Shown: in pieces, positions 12,910 to 22,389 of the stretch
Layout of the letters: each line of letters begins with the position of its first letter
Position numbering within the stretch: the first letter of the stretch is position 1
Source: Allobaculum fili
GTDB taxonomy: Bacteria > Bacillota_I > Bacilli_A > Erysipelotrichales > Erysipelotrichaceae
Assembly (NCBI RefSeq): GCF_020969955.1
Contig: NZ_JAHDSX010000017.1
Coordinates: forward strand, 1-32,000
Direction of reading: 5' to 3'
DNA: 32,000 nucleotides
Translations under genes and position numbers: made by a program
The notes under the pieces: model-generated
Database searches by the model: none
Told to the model about the DNA's origin: nothing
What the model saw: only the letters and a program-made list of their open reading frames with translations

Positions 12910-13836
12910 ATGAATCAAATTGCCAGAGACTGGACCGATTATGAGGTCCTTGATGCAGGAAATAAAGAAAAGCTCGAGCGCTGGAACCATGTCGTTCTGC
13001 GCCGCCCGGATCCGGTAGCCATTTGGCCGATCGATGACGAACGGCCATGGAAAAAAGCGGACGCCGTCTATCATCGTTCGAACAAAGGCGGCGGACAGTG
13101 GGAATTCAAAAAATCCGTCCGGGATTTCTGGACGATTTCCTATAAAGATCTTCGCTTTAAAATTTCCCCGACCGGATTTAAGCATACCGGTCTTTTTCCG
13201 GAACAGGCGTCCAACTGGGATTTTATAATGAAGGCCATCCGCGAACGGAAGAAAAAAGCGCCCGAAGCGCCGATCCGCGTTCTGAACCTTTTCGCCTATA
13301 CCGGCGGGGCGACTATGGCGGCTGCCAAAGCCGGTGCCGATGAAGTCATCCATCTCGACGCCTCCAAAGGCATTAACGCCTGGGCCAGAGAAAACATGGA
13401 ACTGAACCATCTGCAGGATAAAAAGATCCGCTTCCTGATCGATGACGCGCTGAAATTCATACGCCGCGAACTGCGCCGCGGACGGACGTATCAGGGCATT
13501 ATCATGGACCCGCCTTCTTACGGACGCGGCCCGAACGGCGAAGTCTGGAAACTGGAAGACAACATTTATGAACTGATCGACGAAGCGCAGAAGCTGCTAG
13601 CCGATGACGCGCTGTTCTTTATCGTCAATCTGTACACTACCGGCTTCCCGCTCTCGACCCTTTCGCAGACCCTGGAGCGCACGGTTGTTCGCCAGCATGA
13701 CGGCTATGTGGAAACCGGCGAAACGCTTCTGCCGATTCAGGCCGGCGACGCGGTACTGCCATGCGGTCTGTTTGGACGGTGGACCTCGTTTCGTCCCGAA
13801 CATCCCGACCCCATCGCCGAAGCGAAAAACGGCTAG
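12910..13836 (+). CDS. Class I SAM-dependent methyltransferase (RlmI/RlmK-like catalytic domain)
   Basis: Motif I LNLFAYTGGATMAAA, acidic strand end HLDAS, and motif IV IIMDPPSYG. AGAGG RBS. Confidence 0.88.
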   Translation: MNQIARDWTDYEVLDAGNKEKLERWNHVVLRRPDPVAIWPIDDERPWKKADAVYHRSNKGGGQWEFKKSVRDFWTISYKDLRFKISPTGFKHTGLFPEQASNWDFIMKAIRERKKKAPEAPIRVLNLFAYTGGATMAAAKAGADEVIHLDASKGINAWARENMELNHLQDKKIRFLIDDALKFIRRELRRGRTYQGIIMDPPSYGRGPNGEVWKLEDNIYELIDEAQKLLADDALFFIVNLYTTGFPLSTLSQTLERTVVRQHDGYVETGETLLPIQAGDAVLPCGLFGRWTSFRPEHPDPIAEAKNG

Positions 13837-13937
13837 AGCTGAGTCATCACCTGGCGAAATCTGACCTTCTGCGTACAAAAAGAAGGCCTGAGCGCCCGAT
13901 GATACTTCGTAGACAATTTCAAACTATGCATTCAAAT

Positions 13938-13982
13938 ACAGCCAGCAGGATTTCCTTATGAAGAGGGAAGCTTGCTGGCTGT
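13938..13982. terminator. Bidirectional stem-loop between convergent genes
   Basis: Perfect 10-bp stem ACAGCCAGCA / TGCTGGCTGT (13938-47 / 13973-82) with further inner TTCC/GGAA pairing. AT-rich flanks. Confidence 0.55.
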
Positions 13983-14155
13983 TGTATTGTATGAATAATA
14001 ATTTTTATGAATTGTAAATACAGTGGTAAGGTTTTTAATTAATGCTTTCGGCGTTCTGTCCAGATAAAGCGGCAATCTTTTTGAAGAAATTGGAACAGAT
14101 CCGAAAACGGCCTGTTTTCAAACGCGATCGTACGCAGAAGGAAAACGGATGAGAA

Positions 14156-15016
14156 TCAGCCTGCGCGGGAAGCGTAAACATAGTCGTCATCCGAAAGGCA
14201 GACCCACTTGTCCTCGCCAACACGCCCCCAGACGCTGCCGTCACCCGCGGTTTCTTCTTCAAGCACGGTAATGATGGTGCCTTCGCTAAGACGATCGACC
14301 TGGGAATGATCCAGAGACGGTCCGCTGCGAACCTTCATCACATAATTGAGGCGATACTGCGTCTTTGCGGGTTCTGGCTTTGGCTCCGGTTTTGGTTCAG
14401 GTTTCGGCTCTTCTGCTTGCGCAGCCTGCAAGCTGACGGATGCTTTTTCGTCGGATGCGGGAGCTTCAGAAGCCTTTAAAGACGATTCGGCACTCGGCTT
14501 CTGGGAAGAATCCGACGATTTGTCCGACAGAAAATCCTTCGCGGACGAATCGGAGGAGATGACGGCCACATCCTGCCTGCCAGCCCCGTTATAGGTGAAG
14601 AAGAACCATCCGCCAAAGGCGCCGACCCCTAAAAGAAGTGCAGCAGCCAGAACGATCAGAACGATTTTCCCTGCAGAGCCAGACTTTTTGGGCTGAGGAG
14701 CGGAAGGACCGGAAACGGGTGCAGGCGGCACTGGGGCATAGTTTTGCGGACCGGGCTGACGCGGCGGTTCAGCATAGCCATTTGGCCCTGCGCTGTTCGG
14801 ACCGTAATGGGGCGAAAATCCTCTGTTGGACGACGGATTTTGAGGATTTGGCCTCTGCCCGGTCTGCAGGCCGTCAGACGATGCCGGATTTGGACGATCC
14901 GCTGGGTTTGGATTCGGATTTGCGCTGAAGTTCGAATTGGGCAGCGGCGTCCCGCACTTTGCACAGAATCGAGCCTCATCCTTGTTGGAATAATGACAGG
15001 ATGGACAGTTTTTCAT
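14156..15016 (-). CDS. Zinc-ribbon / single-pass membrane / SH3b-domain protein
   Basis: N-terminal CPSC...CAKCG zinc ribbon, a P/N/G-rich linker, and TM IVLIVLAAALLLGVGAFGGWFFF. This is followed by an S-rich region, (KPEP)x4, and a C-terminal SH3b-like segment (YVMKVRSGPSLDH...GSVWGRV). GGGAGG RBS. Confidence 0.85.
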   Translation of the reverse strand: MKNCPSCHYSNKDEARFCAKCGTPLPNSNFSANPNPNPADRPNPASSDGLQTGQRPNPQNPSSNRGFSPHYGPNSAGPNGYAEPPRQPGPQNYAPVPPAPVSGPSAPQPKKSGSAGKIVLIVLAAALLLGVGAFGGWFFFTYNGAGRQDVAVISSDSSAKDFLSDKSSDSSQKPSAESSLKASEAPASDEKASVSLQAAQAEEPKPEPKPEPKPEPAKTQYRLNYVMKVRSGPSLDHSQVDRLSEGTIITVLEEETAGDGSVWGRVGEDKWVCLSDDDYVYASRAG

Positions 15017-15290
15017 AGAACCTCCCTGAATATGAATATTAATTAGTTATAATCATCTTATCATTGCCAAAACCGATAAAACAAGACAGCCTGAACTCCA
15101 CCGGAATCCAGCAAGCCCGTATCCCTTTTTCGGTGCAAAAAGTGTACGGTCTGCTTGATAAAACAGGAGCCGGAACTGATCGGTCTGGTCTTTCCTCTTC
15201 CAGGGCAATACATTCAACACGTATGAAAAAGAGAAAACATCTGCGTCCGCAGTTTTGCCAGAAGCGGATGCGGTCGAAAGGAGCCTTCGC

Positions 15291-16112
15291 ATGAAAGGAC
15301 GTCAAATCGAAAAACTGATTTTAGCCGCCCAGCTCGCTGCGCTTTCCATTTTTGGAATGGCCGCCTGCAGCTCTTCCAGGTCAGGCACTTCTTCCCAGGC
15401 GGATCCGAGCAGCCAGACCGTTCCCTCGGCTCAGCGCTCGGAACGAACATTCGAAGAAATTGCCGAAGCCAGACGCAAAGCGGAAGAAGCCATCCAGTCG
15501 CCTGACGGTCCCCAGGATGGGGATTCGGTTCCCGCTGAAACGCTTCCGGAAAACGGGCAGGCTACTGCTCTAAAAGAAGAGACAATCGACGGCATTTACT
15601 ATAAGGACGGCATTCTGATTGCGAATAAAAAGCACGGTCTTCCGGCGGATTATGCCCCAGGCGTCGATCCGACCGCCAGCGCGCAGGTTTCCGCTCTGAT
15701 TGCGGACATGATCGCGCAGGGCATGGACGTAAGCTATGACACGTCCAATTTTCGAAGCTACGACACGCAGGCCGGCCTTTACAACAACTATGTCGCCGGC
15801 TATGGTCAGGCTGAGGCGGATACCTTCTCTGCAAGACCTGGATATTCGGAACATCAGACCGGACTGGCGTTCGATTTGAAGCACAGCAGCGGCGCGCTGC
15901 TGACCGGACCCACAGAAGCCCAGTGGCTTCTGGACAATTCCTGGAAGTATGGTTTCATCGTTCGCTATCAGGAAGGAAAAGAAGGAATTACCGGCTATCA
16001 GGCGGAGCCCTGGCATTTGCGCTATATCGGCGACAAAGCGCAGGCCATCGCGCAAAGCGGTCTTTGCCTGGAAGAATATCTTGGCGTGGACGGCGGCGAT
16101 TACGCCCAATAA
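15291..16112 (+). CDS. VanY-type D-alanyl-D-alanine carboxypeptidase (peptidase M15B) lipoprotein
   Basis: Start at MKGRQ (ATG 15291) with GAAAGGAG 7 nt upstream. Lipobox MAAC. Zn-ligand motifs SEHQTGLAFD (Hx6D) and EPWH (ExxH). Confidence 0.9.
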   Translation: MKGRQIEKLILAAQLAALSIFGMAACSSSRSGTSSQADPSSQTVPSAQRSERTFEEIAEARRKAEEAIQSPDGPQDGDSVPAETLPENGQATALKEETIDGIYYKDGILIANKKHGLPADYAPGVDPTASAQVSALIADMIAQGMDVSYDTSNFRSYDTQAGLYNNYVAGYGQAEADTFSARPGYSEHQTGLAFDLKHSSGALLTGPTEAQWLLDNSWKYGFIVRYQEGKEGITGYQAEPWHLRYIGDKAQAIAQSGLCLEEYLGVDGGDYAQ

Positions 16113-16119
16113 TGCCATT

Positions 16120-16150
16120 AAAAAAAACGGGAACGGATCGTACCGTTCCC
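16120..16150. terminator. Bidirectional terminator (strongest for the minus-strand HAD gene)
   Basis: Perfect 8-bp stem GGGAACGG/CCGTTCCC (16129-36 / 16143-50). An A8 run on the plus side gives a T8 run after the stem on the minus strand. Confidence 0.65.
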
Positions 16151-16216
16151 CATATTTCTGATCGATCGGCTTTCTATCGCCGATCGTTTTTATTGCTTTT
16201 CTTTAATCGATTTTCC

Positions 16217-16909
16217 TTAATCGTTCTCCTTTTCGGATGGAATGGCTTCGATTGGCAGATCAATGCGGATCTCCTTCATGGAATGCACGACCTGACGGAT
16301 CTGTTTTCTGCCGGCCATCTGTGAGGCAATATGCGACGAATCCAGCAGCCGCACATCCTGACAGCCGCTTTCAATCGCGCTGTTTATTCCCGCCACAGAA
16401 TCTTCCAGAATGGTCAGTTCCTCTAACGGAAGGCCGAGAATTTCGGCGGACCGCTCAAACATGGCGATTTTATTTACGTATGTTCCGTCATCGTAGACGA
16501 TGTTTTCCTCTCGAATCCAGCGATCGAGATGAAAGCTGCGAACGAAAAACTCGATGTTTTCCCAGATGGAAGCAGAACAGATCGTAAAGGGAATGCCGCG
16601 CCGGGTCAGTTCATCAAACAGCGCTTCGCTGCCTTCGATCAGATGAAAAGACGCCTGATCTTCTGCGCAGCACTGGCGATACAGCGCTTCCTTGCGCTGG
16701 GAGAGCTGCTCTTCCCTTGCCGGGTCGATTTTCCCGTTATTGAGGTAGCGAATGATCTGCACATTCGGCTTTCCATTCATATGCAAAACGAGTTCTTCCT
16801 GTGTCACCGGACGGTTTCGCAGTTCGAGACTGATCTGGTTCCACGCTTTGACATGCTTGTCGTGGTCGAGAAACAGCGTTCCATTAAAATCGAAAATTAC
16901 ACCTTTCAT
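16217..16909 (-). CDS. HAD-superfamily hydrolase (beta-phosphoglucomutase-like subfamily IA)
   Basis: 230 aa. Motif I VIFDFNGTL, motif II TICSAS, and a C-terminal EDSVAGINSA (motif IV). Confidence 0.88.
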   Translation of the reverse strand: MKGVIFDFNGTLFLDHDKHVKAWNQISLELRNRPVTQEELVLHMNGKPNVQIIRYLNNGKIDPAREEQLSQRKEALYRQCCAEDQASFHLIEGSEALFDELTRRGIPFTICSASIWENIEFFVRSFHLDRWIREENIVYDDGTYVNKIAMFERSAEILGLPLEELTILEDSVAGINSAIESGCQDVRLLDSSHIASQMAGRKQIRQVVHSMKEIRIDLPIEAIPSEKEND

Positions 16910-17000
16910 TCGGATCCCCTCTCTGGCTTATGGCTTTCTTGTCCATCGCTCTTTCTTTGAGCAGACGGATTTATCGGTTCAGTCCTATCTTATCGAACCC

Positions 17001-18481
17001 ATGCTTTTCCTGCAGACAAATACGGATCCTCTCGATCCAGGTTCTGCTTTCAGTGAATCCTCTGCTTCTTTCCTGCTGCCGCCTCCGCCTTTGCCATCCA
17101 GGCCGATTCCCAGTGCGCAGTCCGATTCTGGATCGGATACTTCCCAGCCGTCTGCGCCCAGAACGAAATGGATTCTGCTGGCAGGGCTGGCGGCGGCTGT
17201 CGCGCTTGCAGGCCTGGTTGGCTCAGGTCTGGTGGAAACCTGGACAAAGGGAAGCGATCAGGAATGTCTGAACGCTTTGGAGTCCAGGCCGACTCGTCAC
17301 TGAACCACAAGACTCGTAAACAGTCAGAAAGAGCAGATGACAGCTTACTCAGAAATGTTTGAGAAAGAACTGGAGCATCCTGAACCCTTTTATGACCGCT
17401 ATTTCAGGATCCGAAACTCAAGGAATGGATCCGGGAGTTTGTGGATCTGCTGAAATCGTCAAAGGACAGGGCCTCTCAGTATTGACCGGAACAGCGGAAA
17501 ACCTTTTCGGCAGACTACAACATAAATGAATTCAGCCGTCGGATCGCACTTTTCGACCAGATCCGTGAAAAGTATCCGCTGGAATTTTCTGACGCATACG
17601 ATTCCAGTACTTTACGCATACGCACCTGATTGACGATGCGGATGCTCGAAGCGAAGGGCTGGACGATCTGAAGATCGAACCGGCTGACCATTTTTCAAAG
17701 GAAAATGAACAGGCTTTTCTCGAGGCTTTAAGCCGCACGCTGGGTGCCCGCTGGACGGCCAGCGAGGAAGGAACCGTTTTCGACGGATTTATTCCTCTGC
17801 AGATACTGGATACGAAGGCGCGGCATGAATATAAGGACAGGCTGTGTGAGGAAATGCGCGCCATCGCCCTGTATATGTTCTGCGAATTTGAAGTCAAAGA
17901 TCTGCATATGCCGGCAAAAGACTATTATGGCTGTCTTATGGGGATGCCTGGCAGCACCATGAATTATGGCAGCAGTTCTTCGCCGTTTTATTTCTATTCC
18001 AGCCGCCGCGCTCGACTGCTGGAGGCGTTCAATCGCTCTTTCAGTTTAGACTTTGAACATGCAGAAGATCAGGACAGGCTGCAGCCTTTAGTTTATGACC
18101 AGGATCGAAACGGCATCGTTTTCAATTTTGTCCGTTCTCTGGCGTTCCGTGACGTACTGTTCATGGAATCTGGCCTGAAGCGGGGAAAGCCGGATGGCGA
18201 CTCTGAATTTGAAATTCGTGCGGCCAGCACTTCCGGAATTGATTTCCATGCGTTTGCCATACAGCCCGGTCAGGGAGGAAACAGCCAGACCCATTCGAAA
18301 CAATATCGACGAAGAAAGCGGGTTTTACTGGAAAGAGGGAGACGATGCCGTCTTCCAGTATTCGATGGATCCAGATTGTATGAAAGCATTTATTCGCTGC
18401 ACGGTATATACGCTCGATTGCAGCGGTCAAAGAGGCATCGTGATTTTCGCAGATAAGGCTTACGATAAGATGCTCGACTAA
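17001..18481 (+). pseudogene. Decayed gene for a membrane-anchored protein of unknown function, broken by frameshifts and in-frame stops
   Basis: Protein-like translation can be followed only by switching frames: frame 0 from 17001 to about 17400, frame 2 to 17627, frame 1 to about 18210, and frame 2 to 18481. In-frame TGA codons occur at 17301 and 17483. The N-terminal part carries a TM helix WILLAGLAAAVALAGLVGSGLV. The 5' boundary is uncertain. Confidence 0.55.
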
Positions 18482-18547
18482 GTCCTGCAGCGATTTTGAG
18501 GTCCTTCACCGAAGTGCCTATGTCTGACGCAGCATCCAAAAAAATGA

Positions 18548-18621
18548 AAAGCGCCTTCGAGGCGGCTGGAACGCATGCAGGACATGCAGTCCGGATCCGC
18601 CTGGAAAGCGCTGTTTTTTTG
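18548..18621. terminator. Large bidirectional terminator between the pseudogene and the surface-protein gene
   Basis: Outer pairing AGCGC/GCGCT and AGGCGG/CCGCCT encloses a GCATGC-containing inner stem. Flanked by an A7 run (plus-strand upstream) and a T7 run at 18614-20. Confidence 0.6.
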
Positions 18622-18657
18622 TTCTGTTTAAGAGAAAGACTGGATTGATCTGTCTGG

Positions 18658-21600
18658 CTATCTTAAGCCGTACCAGCCAATGCCTTCCGCGTTCCATCCG
18701 TTTCGGACAAGGAAGGCGTTTTCGTTCGGGTCGGTCGTGTAGTTATGGCTTCCGCTTTTCGCGTTGGGATTGTACTGACGATAGAGCGGGACGCCCTGGG
18801 CATCATCGAAATACCAGCCGATGCCTTCGTCCGTCCATCCGGCGCGGATCAGATGATCGCGTTCATTGACCGACATCGTGTAGTGATGATCGCCCGCATT
18901 GCGGTTGTACAGACGATATACCGGCGTACGGGACGTTTGCGGCGCGTACCAGCCAATGTTCTCATACGTCCAGCCTGCCTGAATCAGGCTGTTCTTTTCC
19001 CTCTCCTGGGCCGTATAGAAGTGTTCGCCCGAGTTTGGATTGTACAGACGGAACATGGCGACGCGCGGCACGGCCGCCTCTTTTCGGATGGAAAACGTCC
19101 GCGTTACGCTTCCTGTGTAATGGTTTGTGCCCTGGATGGTAAGACTGGCTGTTCCGACGTTCACGTTATTGGCATAGCTTACGGTGTAGTCCTGACCTGG
19201 AATCAGATCTGCGCCGCGGCTGCGGACCGTTAAAGACGGCTGAATCTCCCTGCCTGTCCAGATTTGCTCAGCGATCTGACCGACCATGTCTTCACTCAGG
19301 CGGACAGGAACAATCTCGAACTTCCTGACTGCACTTCCCGTGTAATTTCCTTTCCCCGTGATGCTCAGTGAGGCCGTTCCAGGTTCCCGGTTACCCGAAT
19401 AGCTGAGGGTATAGTCTTTGTCCTGTATCAGACGCGTTTTGCCATGGCTGACGGTTACGGACGGCGCAATCGGCTGGCCTGTCCAGGTCTGATCCGGTAT
19501 TGCCGAAATCATATCCGTCTTCAGAGAGGCGGGTTTGATCGTAAAAGTTTTCTTTGCGGAGCCCGTATAGTTTCCTTTTCCGGTAATGGTAACGGTCGCG
19601 GTTCCCGCACTGATATTGCTGGAACAGGAAACGGTGTAATCCTTGCCGGATGAGAGGGTTTTGTTTCCGAGTTTCACCGTTACGCCCGGCTGAATCGCGC
19701 TTCCGGTATACGTATAGCTTGTCGAAGACAGGGTAACGGAAGCGCTGTTCAAAGACGGCAGCGCATTCCACGCGGCTTTAAAGCGGAGGACATCTCCGTC
19801 TATGTCTGTCGTTTTGGCCAGCGGGGTGCCGTTGGAGTAAATCGATTTTGGATATTTGTGTCTGGCGGCTTCGGCGTCGGACATGAACCGGTTTCCGGAT
19901 GAACTTTTATACATGTACTGCTTCTTCCTGTCGCTGTATACGTACCATCCGCCAAAGCTGTATCCGTCTCGCGTATATGTGCATTTTGTGGTCGTTACCT
20001 TCTGGCCGTAATGGACGACGGTATCTTTCATCGTCGCTCCCTTTCCGCCGTTAGCCTCATACTTGATGGTGAACTTTTTGTCTGGCACCTGCACCTGAAT
20101 GGTGTATTCCCTTCGGTGCGGGGAATAAATTTTCAGCTCTGCGGATCCGGCTTTCACAGGGGTCGCCTTGATGACGGCTCCGGCGCCTTTGGATGAATTG
20201 ACGGTAAAAACATTCGTATCGCCAGAATACCACGTCAGGGAGTATCTGGAACCGCTGGATGTGGACAGACTGATCGAATACGTACCTCCAAGTTCCAGCG
20301 TCAGCCTGCCGTTGTTGGGAACCGTCTTCGATTTATAGGACGCGGACACACCCGACACGTGTACAAAATTGCTGGCGGCAAGCCAGGTTCCCTCTTTTGC
20401 AAGCTTTGTACCTGGCGTCTTGAAATTTGCAGGATCCGGTCTGTGGTCCTTATTGATGTTCGTTTTACCCAATAAAAACCACCGGGTTTCCGCATTAAAG
20501 GAGTCATTCCATGTCACGTCGATGGAATAGTAGTAATTGCCAAGTTTTGAAATATTCCAGGAATGAGGCTCAAATTTGCCGGTCGCATTTCCGGTTCCCC
20601 CGACGATATACGTTTCCACGCCCGACGCGTTGGCCAGCAGGCTGAACGCATGGGCATATCCTGAGCAGACCGTTTTGCGGCCGATTAAAGCACTGTAGGC
20701 GGTCTGTCCGCCATCTTTCAGCTTCTTGTAGTTATTTTCATAATCGATCGTCTGAATCAGATACCGGTTAATAACTTTCAGCTTCTGCACTTTATCGGAA
20801 ATGTCGATCAGCGGCCGTTTATCCAGAGACGTAAGACTGCCTTTATTGACGATTTCCTTAACTTTATTGAATACTTTCTGCTGACCGGATGTTCCAAAGG
20901 CTTTTGCAATCTCATTCCATTCGTATCTGGAATAGGAATCTTTATCAATCATCCGGACAAAATCGCTCATGGACGGAGCATAGCTTTCCAGAAGAATGTC
21001 GCTGTCCGTGAAAGAAGGGATTTCCTCCCGATTGACGAATTCCACATCCAGAGAAATCGTCTGGCTTTCGCTCTGATACAGAACCCAGAGGGCATGCTCC
21101 CGTTCTGGGTCGTCGCTCTGAAGCTGGAAGGCGATGCAGGAAGGCAGATTGCCGCCGTCCTTGAACGCGACGCGCATCGTTCCATTTTCGGTTTTCGTCT
21201 CAAAACCCGATTCTGCACCGGGCTCAAATTCATTAGCGACCCATACAGACGCAAAATCCGGCAGACGAAGCGAGAAATGATCTCCGTCCTGCCATCTATA
21301 AGAAGAAGGATATTCGAGATTCAGGAAAACGGTAGAGCCGATCTGTTCTGGCTTGAGCTGAATCTGGTTTTCTTTCAGCAGGTCTCTGCCCGTCTGATCA
21401 TTTTCACAATTCGAATTTTCTTCTGTCTGCCGGCTGGCTTCCGGCCTTCCGCTGTCTTCCTGCGCCGGACGGTCTGTCGCCGCATTGTCTTCGGACTGGT
21501 CCGCTCTGGAATCCGGTCTGTCCGTATCTTCTGACGAGGACGGCTTCTCTTCGTTTTCCGTGTCTTCTTCCGACTCGTCGACAAACGTAAGAACAGCTGG

Positions 21601-22109
21601 CTCTTCATTCGCATTCAGTTTCCAGGAAAACGGCAGATCTTCGGCTGCCGCTTCTACAGGAAGGGTAAGAGGAAGCGGGTCCTGAAGGTCCTTCCCGCTT
21701 CGTGCATTCAGTTCTATGACCAGTTCGTTTCCTTCCATCGTCCACTGACCGGCGAGAACTTCGCCTTCCAGCCAGATCGGCTGCGGCTTATGCGTGTGTT
21801 CGACATGAATCGCCTCGGGAATCGGGAGTCGTACCGTATCGCCCTTCTCCACTCTTCCAGCGTCTTTCAGGAAGATCAGATGGAGAAGAATCTTCTGAGA
21901 CGAATGTTCATCCGACCAGGCTTTTTCGATTTCAAAACGAAATCCCGGCTGATCTGACCAGCAGACCGAATCGGCTGGCTTTCGACGGGCTCGTTTTTCG
22001 GTTCTTCGTGCCCGAAGGCCGGGAGTACGCTCGAGGAGAGGAACAGGGAAACCGAGAGGATCGCCGAAAAACCGGCGAAGGCTCTCTTTCGTATTTTCTT
22101 CGCATGCAT
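18658..22109 (-). CDS. Large secreted multidomain surface protein with a transglutaminase-like core, interrupted by a frameshift just after the signal peptide
   Basis: The body is one 1163-codon frame (18658..22149). It contains a Cys-His-Asp transglutaminase-like core (VCSGYAHAF, PHSWN, IDVTWND) and a Big_2-like Ig domain. It also has a Listeria-Bacteroides repeat (YEANGG...DGYSFGGWY), three tandem repeats of about 80 aa (TYTG..I.P.V.V......L..GKDYTV.Y..N...GTA...I.G.GNYTGS) and three C-terminal W-rich repeats (LYNPN.G.H.YT...E...L...GW..EGIGWY). The only signal peptide, MHAKKIRKRAFAGFSAILSVSLFLSSSVLPAFG, is in another frame (22109..21876). Confidence 0.85.
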
Positions 22110-22150
22110 AGGCTTTCTTTTTCCTTTCCAGTGTGAATTGCCTGGACATT

Positions 22151-22156
22151 ATTATA
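22151..22156 (-). promoter_or_regulatory. Candidate -10 box (TATAAT) for the surface-protein gene
   Basis: The revcomp of 22151-56 is TATAAT. It lies 41 nt upstream of the ATG at 22109 and only 1 nt upstream of the main-frame ATG at 22149. Confidence 0.35.
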
Positions 22157-22308
22157 AATCGTCTTTTTTTATTTGAACAACATATTCCATATTTTTTCGC
22201 TATGAAAGACTGTTTTTAAAGACGAATCTGCTCTTTCCTTCGAAAGCTGCCTTTTCCTATTGCGAGCAATTTTTTGCGCCCTGCTGGAGCTCTGATTTTT
22301 CACCCCAT

Positions 22309-22356
22309 AAAAAAAGCGGCTCAGACAGAAGTTACATTCTGCTTGAGCCGTTTTTT
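22309..22356. terminator. Terminator of the metNIQ operon (bidirectional architecture)
   Basis: GCGGCTCA...TGAGCCG stem flanked by an A7 run (22309-15) and a T6 run (22351-56), 34 nt beyond the metQ stop. Confidence 0.6.
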
Positions 22357-22389
22357 GCATCCGCCTGGATTTTGCTTTAAGGGCGTGTC

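Noticed and set aside
17301-17485. Two in-frame TGA codons in the decayed gene as possible recoding (Sec, or TGA=Trp/Gly genetic codes)
   Set aside because: TGA is used as a genuine stop by pcrA (7724-26) and the hydrolase gene (27878-80). The same gene also needs three frameshifts, so decay is the simpler explanation.
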